IMG/VR virus record: IMGVR_UViG_3300023112_000009
Coordinates: 32,001 to 96,000 of that record
DNA length: 64,000 bases
From: a virus
Strand: one strand, 5' to 3'
Shown here: positions 56,901 to 64,000 of the stretch, piece after piece
How the letters are laid out: each line of letters begins with the position of its first letter
Position numbering within the stretch: the stretch's first letter is position 1
Translations under genes and position numbers: made by a program
Notes under the pieces: model-generated
What the model was told of the DNA's origin: nothing
What the model saw: only the letters and a program-made list of their open reading frames with translations
Database searches by the model: none

Positions 56901-56920
56901 GAGGCCCCGCAAGGGGCCTC
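56901..56920 (+). terminator. GC-rich GNRA hairpin closing cassettes (8 copies)
   Basis: GAGGCCCC-GCAA-GGGGCCTC at 56901, 57533, 58083, 58887, 59391, 59910, 63493, variant at 62520; weak U-tract, so a terminator role is unproven. Confidence 0.6.
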
Positions 56921-57063
56921 TCTTGCGTTGTGCCGCGTCCTAGAAAATCCAAGGTAGTATAGACACGCGGGCGGGCGGGCGGTGGCCGTAGCGGGCAGCA
57001 CAGGAGCCTGAAATAAATAAGGTTTAGAGTTTGCATTTTCGAGTGGAGAGGGTATACTGTGGC

Positions 57064-57258
57064 ATGAGTAAAGCACACACATGGAATGGCGAGCCGCCCC
57101 GGCACATCGAATACGCTCGGAACCTCGCCACCCGCTTGGGGAGAGCTAACATCAGCACCCGTATCGGGATGCCGATCAAGAGGATCCCCGTCACTGAAAC
57201 CATTTCGGAGAAAACCAAACGCATTCTTGCCGAGTGCGATGCAATTCTCTGCAAGTAA
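57064..57258 (+). CDS. 64-aa cassette protein (paralog of 58247-58441)
   Basis: PRHIE.A.NLATRLG..ISTRIG..TETISEKT...LAECDAILCK. Confidence 0.7.
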   Translation: MSKAHTWNGEPPRHIEYARNLATRLGRANISTRIGMPIKRIPVTETISEKTKRILAECDAILCK

Positions 57259-57335
57259 ATCAGAAAAACAGTTTGCCTTTTCCACTGGGGAGGGTATACT
57301 GTAATTGTTCGAGAGAAAACAAACAAAGGAATGCA

Positions 57336-57524
57336 ATGGAATTCAAAGAATGGATGAAAGCGATGAACCGCCACATTTCCGCCAAAATCTGCTTGGATGC
57401 TGGCGACATGCCCGATCTGTGCTTTCGGGATATGTTCGAGGATGAAATGACGCCGAAAGAAGCGGCGGAAAACTCGCTCGAAATCTGGGCAGAACAAGGG
57501 GACGTTCCCTACGATCTGATCTAA
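57336..57524 (+). CDS. small cassette protein
   Basis: AAGGA SD; F.EWM..........DMPD..FRD.FEDEMTP.EAA. Confidence 0.65.
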   Translation: MEFKEWMKAMNRHISAKICLDAGDMPDLCFRDMFEDEMTPKEAAENSLEIWAEQGDVPYDLI

Positions 57525-57728
57525 CGCACTAGGAGGCCCCGCAAGGGGCCTCGCTTGCGTTGTGCCGAGACCTAGAAAATCCCGCGTGGCTTAGCCACAC
57601 GGGGTCAAGGTCCGTGCCCGTACAGGGCCGCACAGGAGGCCAAAAAAGAATTGGCTTTCTACTTGCATTTTCGAGCGGGGAGGGTATACTGTAGCAGATT
57701 CGAGGCCACTAACCAACGGAGTAACCGA

Positions 57729-58070
57729 ATGAATCAGAACATCATCAGCACCGATCAAGCCGCCAACCTCATTCACCAGAGCAACGGGACCGTGTTCACG
57801 GTCGGGTTCTACAAAAAGGGGAAAAAGAACGGGGAGGGCAAAAACGACTTCCGCGAAATGCGTGCTCGCCTCGGCAGCACGGTTCGCAAGGGGCTTGCGG
57901 GTGGCCCGCCCGCCTACAACCCTTCCGAGCACGGGCTTATCTGGGCCTACCTTATGGCGGGGGATGAGAACCGCGAAGAGGCCCGCAACCGCCGTAGCAT
58001 CCCGGTGAGCGGCATCGTGGAATTGAACATCGGTGGCGAGTCCTATCGGGTCGCCGGATCGCCCCACTAA
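57729..58070 (+). CDS. SH3/WYL-like fold phage protein
   Basis: GGAG SD; VFTVGFYKK...REM.ARLG...RRSIPV..I..L. Confidence 0.6.
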   Translation: MNQNIISTDQAANLIHQSNGTVFTVGFYKKGKKNGEGKNDFREMRARLGSTVRKGLAGGPPAYNPSEHGLIWAYLMAGDENREEARNRRSIPVSGIVELNIGGESYRVAGSPH

Positions 58071-58246
58071 AAAACACCGCAGGAGGCCCCGCAAGGGGCC
58101 TCTCTTGCGTTGTGCCGCGTCCTACAAAATCGTGCGTAGTATAGACACGCGGGCGAGCCGCCCGTGCCCGCACAGGGCAGCACAGGAGCCTGAAATAAAT
58201 AAGGTTTAGCGTTTGCTTTTCTAGCTCACGAGGGTATACTGTCAAC

Positions 58247-58441
58247 ATGAAAACAAAGAACATCACGGAGTACAAGGCTCCCCGTCACATCGAATTCGCA
58301 CAGAACCTCGCCACCCGTTTGGGCAAGGTGGGAATCAGCACCCGCATCGGAAGGCCGGTCAAGGTGGTGATCGTGACCGAAACCATTTCGGAGAAAACCC
58401 GCCGCGTGCTCGCTGAGTGCGATGCAATTCTCTGCAAGTAA
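58247..58441 (+). CDS. 64-aa cassette protein (paralog of 57064-57258)
   Basis: high identity to 57064-57258; ATG 6 nt after TATACT. Confidence 0.7.
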   Translation: MKTKNITEYKAPRHIEFAQNLATRLGKVGISTRIGRPVKVVIVTETISEKTRRVLAECDAILCK

Positions 58442-58521
58442 AATCCAGAAAACAGTTGCCCTTCCCGCTGGGGAGGGTATACTGTAACGGTTCGAGAGAC
58501 AGCAAACCAACGGAGACAACG

Positions 58522-58773
58522 ATGGAACACGACGACGGCCCGGAAGAGTTGTGGGATGATGCGGAAGAGTTCGAGCGTGACGAGCTTGCACGGTTCTTAG
58601 CGGCCTATCCCGATGGCTGGACATGTCAGGATTGCTCCTGCGAATACCTGCCGGGAGAATGCCATCCCGTCATGCCAGCCGAAGACCTAGACGGTTGGGT
58701 TGCTGGTGACGGCACGGTTTGTCCGCTGGGCCACGGATGCAAAGAGGACGAGGCCGAGGATCTGCCCTTCTGA
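58522..58773 (+). CDS. acidic Cys-rich protein ending EDEAEDLPF
   Basis: GGAG SD; CQDC, CH, CP.GH.C. Confidence 0.65.
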   Translation: MEHDDGPEELWDDAEEFERDELARFLAAYPDGWTCQDCSCEYLPGECHPVMPAEDLDGWVAGDGTVCPLGHGCKEDEAEDLPF

Positions 58774-58880
58774 TGGACGAGATAGAATTCTGCAAGAGGC
58801 AGGCGAAAGCCTGTCTCTTGTTTCTAGTGCTCTTGCCCGTGGGCGTTGTTGTCGCCGTGCTTTGGGTTTACGGTTTTTAG
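58773..58880 (+). CDS. 35-aa membrane peptide, copy 1
   Basis: TGATG coupling; MDEIEFCKRQAKACLLFLVLLPVGVVVAVLWVYGF. Confidence 0.6.
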   Translation: MDEIEFCKRQAKACLLFLVLLPVGVVVAVLWVYGF

Positions 58881-59049
58881 CCACAGGAGGCCCCGCAAGG
58901 GGCCTCGCTTGCGTTGTGCCGCGTCCTACAAAATCGTGCGTAGTATAGACACGCGGACAAGGGGCCGGTGGCCGTACACGCCAGCACAGGAGGCCAAAAG
59001 AAAAACCATTTGCTATTTGCTTTTTCAAGGGGTTGTGGTATACTGTGGC

Positions 59050-59277
59050 ATGGATGAACGACAAGAGCTTGAAGACGAATACAACGCCCGCTATGGCGAT
59101 CCTCGCCACTGCCCGCATCACCCGATGGTGCAGACCTCTTCGGGTTGCGGCAACTTCGATGCCCCTTGTGGGCTTTGCGAGTCCGAGATGGACGAGTACG
59201 ATACGGTGGATCCCGATTGGGTTCCCGAGCCGTGGGTTGCTCCCGAAGAGGACGAGGCCGAGGATCTGCCCTTCTGA
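59050..59277 (+). CDS. acidic Cys/His protein ending EDEAEDLPF
   Basis: ATG 5 nt after TATACT; CPHH...C..C. Confidence 0.65.
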   Translation: MDERQELEDEYNARYGDPRHCPHHPMVQTSSGCGNFDAPCGLCESEMDEYDTVDPDWVPEPWVAPEEDEAEDLPF

Positions 59278-59384
59278 TGGACGAGATAGAATTCTGCAAG
59301 AGGCAGGCGAAAGCCTGTCTCTTGTTTCTAGTGCTCTTGCCCGTGGGCGTTGTTGTCGCCGTGCTTTGGGTTTACGGTTTTTAG
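59277..59384 (+). CDS. 35-aa membrane peptide, copy 2
   Basis: identical to 58773-58880. Confidence 0.6.
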   Translation: MDEIEFCKRQAKACLLFLVLLPVGVVVAVLWVYGF

Positions 59385-59553
59385 CCACAGGAGGCCCCGC
59401 AAGGGGCCTCTCTTCCGTTCTCCCGCGTTCTACAAAATCGTGCGTAGTATAGACACGCGGGCGGGCGGGCCGTGCCCGTAGCGGGCCGCACAGGAGGTCA
59501 AAAAGATTTGGTTTTCCATTTGCTTTTCTAGCTTCCTAGGGTATAATGTAAAC

Positions 59554-59682
59554 ATGAACAACAAGGAAGACAAGCGGATCGGCAAGAAGGCACTGGGCCA
59601 CACTCCCCACTGCAAGTGGGGCCGCAAGAAAGCCAACAAGAAAAGCCGCAGTGTTGCGAAAAAGGAGTTGCACAATGTATAA
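59554..59682 (+). CDS. small basic peptide (42 aa)
   Basis: ATG 6 nt after TATAAT; K/R-rich. Confidence 0.5.
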   Translation: MNNKEDKRIGKKALGHTPHCKWGRKKANKKSRSVAKKELHNV

Positions 59683-59902
59683 CGACGATTGGATGGATCC
59701 CGAGCCCGAGGAAGAGGTTGAGCCCATCAACCCCGAAGGGGACAAGGGACCGAACTACCTCCCCGACCCCGACCTTGACGGTCCCTACAAGGGTCCACCC
59801 GTGGGCACCTATGCCTACACCGCTTGGCTGATGGCTCAATCGGGCATGGATCCTGACGAGGCCGACGCCTGGAAGGACGAGATGAAAGAGCGAGATTTTT
59901 AG
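59675..59902 (+). CDS. small acidic protein
   Basis: AAGGAG SD; D/E/P-rich. Confidence 0.6.
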   Translation: MYNDDWMDPEPEEEVEPINPEGDKGPNYLPDPDLDGPYKGPPVGTYAYTAWLMAQSGMDPDEADAWKDEMKERDF

Positions 59903-60112
59903 TCAACAGGAGGCCCCGCAAGGGGCCTCTTCTGCTTTGTGTCGCATCCTACAAAATCGCAGGTAGCTTAGCCACGCACGATTGAGGCCACGCCCGCACG
60001 CGGCAGCACAGGCAGCCACAGGGCAAACAAAAGAAATCACAAATACCATTTGCTTTTTCCAGCGGTTGTGGTATACTCTCGGTGGATTCAACAACAGCAA
60101 CGGAGACAAGAC

Positions 60113-60292
60113 ATGCAAATCACCATCACCACGATTGACGACTCGGACGACGACTGCCGCAGGACCACCTACGAGACCCGCGTGGACGGCAAGCTCTACA
60201 CGCTCGCCGCGTGCTCCCTTCGAGGGGAAGGCGTTGAGGAACGTGCTCGCGAGTTGTTCGGTGACGACGTGGAAATCGTTTGGGAATTCTAA
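60113..60292 (+). CDS. small protein (paralog of 61627-61833)
   Basis: GGAG SD; DDDCRR, VDGK.Y, ERARELFG.DVE. Confidence 0.65.
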   Translation: MQITITTIDDSDDDCRRTTYETRVDGKLYTLAACSLRGEGVEERARELFGDDVEIVWEF

Positions 60293-60366
60293 AGAAAGGA
60301 CTTGCATCTGCCCGATACAGTGGTATACTGTTAGTGAGTCAAGGAAACAACACAACGGAGACAACA

Positions 60367-60582
60367 ATGAACGAGCAAAACGAAATCGGCGGCGACCTTC
60401 AAGACGAGTACACCGCCATTCAAGAGGCCGAGCTTCTCGAAGAGAGTCCGATCATGGACCTCACCGATCAAGACTTGGAGGGCTGGTATCAGGAATGGCT
60501 CTCCGAGCAGGACGATCCCGCGAGCATCGACCCGGACTTTTACGATCCCCGCGTGGACTTCGGCCCCGATCCCCGCGACTAG
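60367..60582 (+). CDS. very acidic small protein
   Basis: GGAG SD; about one third D/E with only two R and no K. Confidence 0.65.
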   Translation: MNEQNEIGGDLQDEYTAIQEAELLEESPIMDLTDQDLEGWYQEWLSEQDDPASIDPDFYDPRVDFGPDPRD

Positions 60583-60793
60583 CACACTTGTTGCTTCTCT
60601 CCTATGCTCCCTGGCGATTTAGGTCGTCAGGGGGCCTTTCCATGTGCCTAGGAGGCCGCAGGACGAGGGCTGCAAAAATCAAGGTAGCTTAGCCACGCAG
60701 GGTGAAGGCCCGTGCCCGTACAGGGCAGCACAGGAGCCCAAAAGAAATCACAAATGGAATTTGCTTTCTAGCCAATTGGGAGTATTATTGGGC

Positions 60794-61270
60794 ATGAGAA
60801 ACAAGCAACAGATTCAGGGCCAAGCGAGGGCCATCCTGAACAAACTCGCCCCGCAGTACCCCGTGCTGGCAAACCTGCCGATTCGCATTTCGACCCGTAT
60901 GACACGGGCCGCTGGTCAGGCTTCCTGGCGAGGTGGTATCCCTGTCGAGATCACCCTTTCGCTCCCTTTTTTCGCAGATGAGGCGAACGACCTACATCGT
61001 ACCGTAACGCATGAGGCGGCTCATATCGTCGCTGGCCACGCTGCTGGTCATGGCCCCACGTGGAAGGCTGTACACCGTAGCATGGGCGGCAAAGGCGACC
61101 GCTGCCACACTATGAGCCTTGCGGAAGGTTTCAAGCATACTCCCCGCAAGCGTGCCCCGCGTGTCGAGGTGACTTGCCCCAAGTGTAGCCAACCGATGCT
61201 GCTGGGGCCTACGCAAGCCAAGAAGGCACAACGGGGCTATCGCTACACGCACGCACGCTGCCCGAGATAG
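60794..61270 (+). CDS. SprT-like zinc metalloprotease
   Basis: RMTRAAGQA, HEAAH, GHGPTWK, CH, C-terminal CPKC. Confidence 0.85.
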   Translation: MRNKQQIQGQARAILNKLAPQYPVLANLPIRISTRMTRAAGQASWRGGIPVEITLSLPFFADEANDLHRTVTHEAAHIVAGHAAGHGPTWKAVHRSMGGKGDRCHTMSLAEGFKHTPRKRAPRVEVTCPKCSQPMLLGPTQAKKAQRGYRYTHARCPR

Positions 61271-61329
61271 GGTAAAGAAAAATCCCTTCTCCCGCTTGAC
61301 TTCAAGCGGGGGGAGGGTATACTGCAAGC

Positions 61330-61539
61330 ATGAAAGAACAAACAACATTCGTCCTTCGCAACACGGGCACCTCGCGATTCGTCAAGACGAGCCCCCACGA
61401 GTTCCTTGACGAGAACTTTGTCGAGGGGTGGGATAACCTCGCGGCTCGTGGTGCTCTGACCTTCGGGACGCACGAGGCGGCTCTGATCGCCAAGGATGCT
61501 GACCCCGATGGCTGCTCTCTCGCTGTCGAGGAAATCTGA
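61330..61539 (+). CDS. small hypothetical protein
   Basis: ATG 6 nt after TATACT. Confidence 0.6.
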   Translation: MKEQTTFVLRNTGTSRFVKTSPHEFLDENFVEGWDNLAARGALTFGTHEAALIAKDADPDGCSLAVEEI

Positions 61540-61626
61540 TAAACAAAACCCTTTTCCCGCTTGACATTCGGCGGGGATGGGGTATACTGTCAGCGTTCAA
61601 GGAAACAACAGCCAAGGAAACAAGCC

Positions 61627-61833
61627 ATGAAACTTCAAATCGAATACAACGACGCCTGCCGCAGGACCACCTACGAGTCTGACGACGACTGCCGCCGCGT
61701 GGACTACTGCGTGACCGTGGACGGCAAGGAATACTGCCTTTCCGGTTCTGCTCTCGGCAACGAGCACAACGACCGCGAAGCCACCGAGCGTGCTCGCGAG
61801 TTGTTCGGCCCCGACGTTGAGCTGATCTTCTAA
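61627..61833 (+). CDS. small protein (paralog of 60113-60292)
   Basis: AAGGA SD; shared CRRTTYE, DDDCRR, ERARELFG. Confidence 0.65.
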   Translation: MKLQIEYNDACRRTTYESDDDCRRVDYCVTVDGKEYCLSGSALGNEHNDREATERARELFGPDVELIF

Positions 61834-62121
61834 GAGGCTGCCAGAATGGCGGGGGCCACGGCCCCCGCTGAGCCCCCTGCCTGCCCCCACACGGGGAGCG
61901 GCCCCGACCCCCTGTGGCTTAGCCACGCGGGCACGGCACTCGTGCCGGTAGAGCGTATCCCAGGCCCCTTGTGATGCCTGCTATGCGTTACGCTTTTTCG
62001 GTTTCTCGCTTGACTTCTGCCAATCGCATGGTATACTGTGGCATGAAGTTGAGCAAAGAAGATATGGAGTTCGCCCACGACACTATCCACGGTGCCCGCG
62101 AATACGCCGAATCCGCCTAAC

Positions 62122-62292
62122 ATGTACTCACTGACCTACAACGGAGAGCAACTGGCCGAGTGGACTATCCCACGCGGTTGGCTGCCCTCCTTTGGTACGC
62201 TGCTGGCCGTGAAATATCACGGTAGGCTGACGCTATTTCGTGCGATGGGAATTCAAGAAAGGGAAATTCTGCTTGACATCTACCAATCGTAG
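62122..62292 (+). CDS. small hypothetical protein
   Basis: follows a 25-codon leaderless ORF at 62043-62120. Confidence 0.45.
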   Translation: MYSLTYNGEQLAEWTIPRGWLPSFGTLLAVKYHGRLTLFRAMGIQEREILLDIYQS

Positions 62293-62306
62293 GGTATACT
62301 GTGGGC

Positions 62307-62504
62307 ATGAAGCAACAAGAAACAACCGAGTTCGCACAAGCCGTCGCCGGGAACTGTGACCGTTGGGTGCCCGCCTGTGGTGGCCACGAGCAACCGTTCA
62401 CCCACAACGGCACTCGCTATCTGTACTGCTTCAACCCAAACAAGCACGAGCACGGGTATATCAATCTGGACACCGATATTCTGGAGACCACGCTGCCCTT
62501 CTGA
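62307..62504 (+). CDS. small hypothetical protein ending LPF
   Basis: ATG 6 nt after TATACT; WVPACGG.E.PF...YLYC.N....H.Y..LDTD. Confidence 0.65.
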   Translation: MKQQETTEFAQAVAGNCDRWVPACGGHEQPFTHNGTRYLYCFNPNKHEHGYINLDTDILETTLPF

Positions 62505-62683
62505 ATCCGAGACCACGAGGAGGCCCCGAAAGGGGTCTCTCGTGCGTTGTGCCGCGTCCTACAAAATCGCACGTAGTATAGACACGTTGGCTTGCGGTTC
62601 GTGGCCACCACGGGCTGCACAGGAGGCCAAAAAGAATTACCATTTACAATTTGCTTTTTCCAGCGTGGAGGGTATACTCTAGC

Positions 62684-62830
62684 ATGGTTGAAGAAAACAA
62701 AGCACTGACGAAGGCGGGCTGGGTTCTGGTTCGCATCACTGACGCCCAAGGCTTGGTTGTCTTTTGTGAGACGGTCAGGGACGAGGACGCCGAAAGCATC
62801 ATCGCCAAGTTCCGCAACACAATTCGCTAA
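62684..62830 (+). CDS. small hypothetical protein (48 aa)
   Basis: ATG 5 nt after TATACT. Confidence 0.55.
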   Translation: MVEENKALTKAGWVLVRITDAQGLVVFCETVRDEDAESIIAKFRNTIR

Positions 62831-62870
62831 AACAACTGGACACGCCCCCGAAAGGGGGCTATACTCTGAC

Positions 62871-63053
62871 ATGCACATTCACGACCCCGACTGGACAGGC
62901 CCTATCTGTCGCAACTGTACCGCCCCCGTCAAGAGCCTGCACATGATGGCACAGCATCAAGAGGCTTGGAACAAAGCGAAAGCGAAAGATTCCGAAGCAA
63001 AGGAACCGCCGCACTTCTGCTCAAACCAGTGCGTCTACGACAAGTACATGTAA
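62871..63053 (+). CDS. small zinc-finger protein
   Basis: CRNC...FCSNQC; ATG 5 nt after TATACT. Confidence 0.6.
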   Translation: MHIHDPDWTGPICRNCTAPVKSLHMMAQHQEAWNKAKAKDSEAKEPPHFCSNQCVYDKYM

Positions 63054-63288
63054 AACAAGGCCCCTAGCTCTGCTGGATCACAACAAGAGAACCGGCTCTC
63101 TCTGTTCACTGATCGAAGCCGCTAGGGGCCTTTTCTACCCACCTGAGAGCCCGCGTGCCGAGCCCTACAAAATCGCAGGTAGCTTAGCCACGTTGGCTTG
63201 CAGCCGGTGGCCGCACACGCCCGCACAGGAGGCCAAAAGAAATCACAAATGGTATTTGCTTTTTCGAGCGTGGAGGGTATACTCTGAC

Positions 63289-63483
63289 ATGCAAGAACAA
63301 ACAAACCCCTTTGAAAAGGGAACTGACAAACACGCCCAATGGGAAGAGTTGGATTGTCACGAGTGCCGAGCCGCACTGAGTGATTCGATGTATCCCCGCC
63401 ATAGTGGCAGCCGCAACTGCAATAGTGGCAGTATCGCCTCTGGCGGCAACAGATCGCACTGCACTTGCGACACTTGTTTCTAA
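63289..63483 (+). CDS. small Cys/His-rich protein
   Basis: CHEC..P.H..S..C.SG.....HCTCDTCF; ATG 5 nt after TATACT. Confidence 0.65.
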   Translation: MQEQTNPFEKGTDKHAQWEELDCHECRAALSDSMYPRHSGSRNCNSGSIASGGNRSHCTCDTCF

Positions 63484-63655
63484 ACACCGCAGGAGGCCCC
63501 GCAAGGGGCCTCTTTTGCGTTGTGCCGAGAGCTACAAAATCGCAGGTAGTATAGACACGTTGGCAAGAGGTCGGTGGCCACCACGGGCCGCACAGGAGCT
63601 TTCTCTTTTTCTTATTTCAAGCTTGCATTCTTGTCAATTGAGGGTATACTCTGGC

Positions 63656-63763
63656 ATGGATACAACAAAAGAAAATCTCAAGGTCGGCCTCGGAATCCTC
63701 CTGCCCTTCTACGTGATCGCGGCGGCCTACTGCTTCGAATTGTTTATGCGATATTTCGCTTGA
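63656..63763 (+). CDS. 35-aa membrane peptide
   Basis: ATG 5 nt after TATACT; single TM segment. Confidence 0.55.
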   Translation: MDTTKENLKVGLGILLPFYVIAAAYCFELFMRYFA

Positions 63764-63826
63764 CATTTCGAGCGGAGAGGGTATACTCTCACTGTTCAAG
63801 AGCAACCGAAACCAACAGAAAGCAAC

Positions 63827-64000
63827 ATGGAACAAGTAAACGCAAGCGGGACCGGACTTCGAGGATACGTGGACGTGAGCTACAATCGACTCGTGGAAGT
63901 GTTCGGGGAGCCGCACTACCGCATGGGCGACAAGACCACCGTGGAGTGGTCCTTCGAGCACGAGGGTACGCGATTCACCCTGTACGACTACAAGTGGCAA
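63827..64000 (+). CDS. phage hypothetical protein (truncated by the window end)
   Basis: GT.L.GYV..SY..LVEVFGEP...DKT.VEW......FTLYDYK. Confidence 0.65.
   Translation, partial: MEQVNASGTGLRGYVDVSYNRLVEVFGEPHYRMGDKTTVEWSFEHEGTRFTLYDYKWQ

Larger units (their letters stand above)
58742..59410 (+). repeat. 165-bp exact direct repeat (58742-58906 = 59246-59410)
   Basis: identical sequence at a 504-bp offset. Confidence 0.9.
53165..63600. repeat. dispersed intergenic repeat family, 14 copies
   Basis: 15-bp cores (consensus SGTRGYWTAGMCACG) at 53206(rev), 54153(rev), 56225, 56953, 57585, 58135, 58939, 59443, 59962, 60683, 61913, 62572, 63178, 63545; most have TTGTGCCG..CCTACAAAATC left and GCACAGGAG right flanks. 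Confidence 0.9.

Noticed and set aside
56202-63504. ORF-track N-terminal extensions and - strand ORFs crossing the repeat modules (RVYC/GRVY/YTT-type translations)
   Set aside because: They are translations of the repeated promoter/module; real starts lie after the -10 box
56180-63600. CRISPR array interpretation of the recurring repeats
   Set aside because: Intervals are hundreds of bp, variable in length and contain promoters and ORFs; the repeats are long and degenerate; no cas genes are present
53165-64000. Classical integron
   Set aside because: No integrase in the window, no consistent RYYYAAC/GTTRRRY attC ends, and the cassettes carry their own promoters
1-64000. Stop-codon reassignment
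   Set aside because: Recognisable enzymes are full length in code 11 and end at TAA, TAG and TGA; no canonical suppressor tRNA found

Overview
This 64 kb window looks like part of a large lytic dsDNA (probably jumbo) phage genome. There are no host housekeeping operons and no rRNA. It has four zones. (1) 1-13.1 kb, + strand: Rad52-like annealing protein, MazG, FAD oxidoreductase, class II RNR, ThyX, a block of beta-rich virion/fibre-like genes and a holin-like gene. (2) 13.2-31 kb, - strand: PhoH, peptide deformylase, Met aminopeptidase, UDG, sigma factor, SMC-like ATPase, exonuclease, dNMP kinase, RNA ligase, CCA enzyme, polynucleotide kinase and SSB. (3) 31-51 kb, mostly - strand: about 18 tRNA or tRNA-like genes (several non-canonical) mixed with structured ncRNA candidates, rIIA/rIIB and an NAD+/ADP-ribose salvage cluster. 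(4) 51-64 kb, + strand, visibly more GC-rich: an early-type region built as an array of one- or two-gene cassettes. Each cassette has its own TTGnnn-N16-TATACT promoter, often leaderless. Cassettes are separated by 14 copies of a conserved ~90-170 bp element (GNRA hairpin, pseudo-palindromic core, quasi-symmetric arms), and there is direct evidence of cassette duplication and shuffling. The most striking candidates for new biology are this repeat-delimited cassette array, small acidic proteins ending in an SSB-tail-like EDLPF, a 193-nt tRNA-shaped RNA with a tmRNA-like insert, and Asn/Lys-anticodon tRNAs with long variable arms. All protein calls come from motif recognition by eye; no database search was run.
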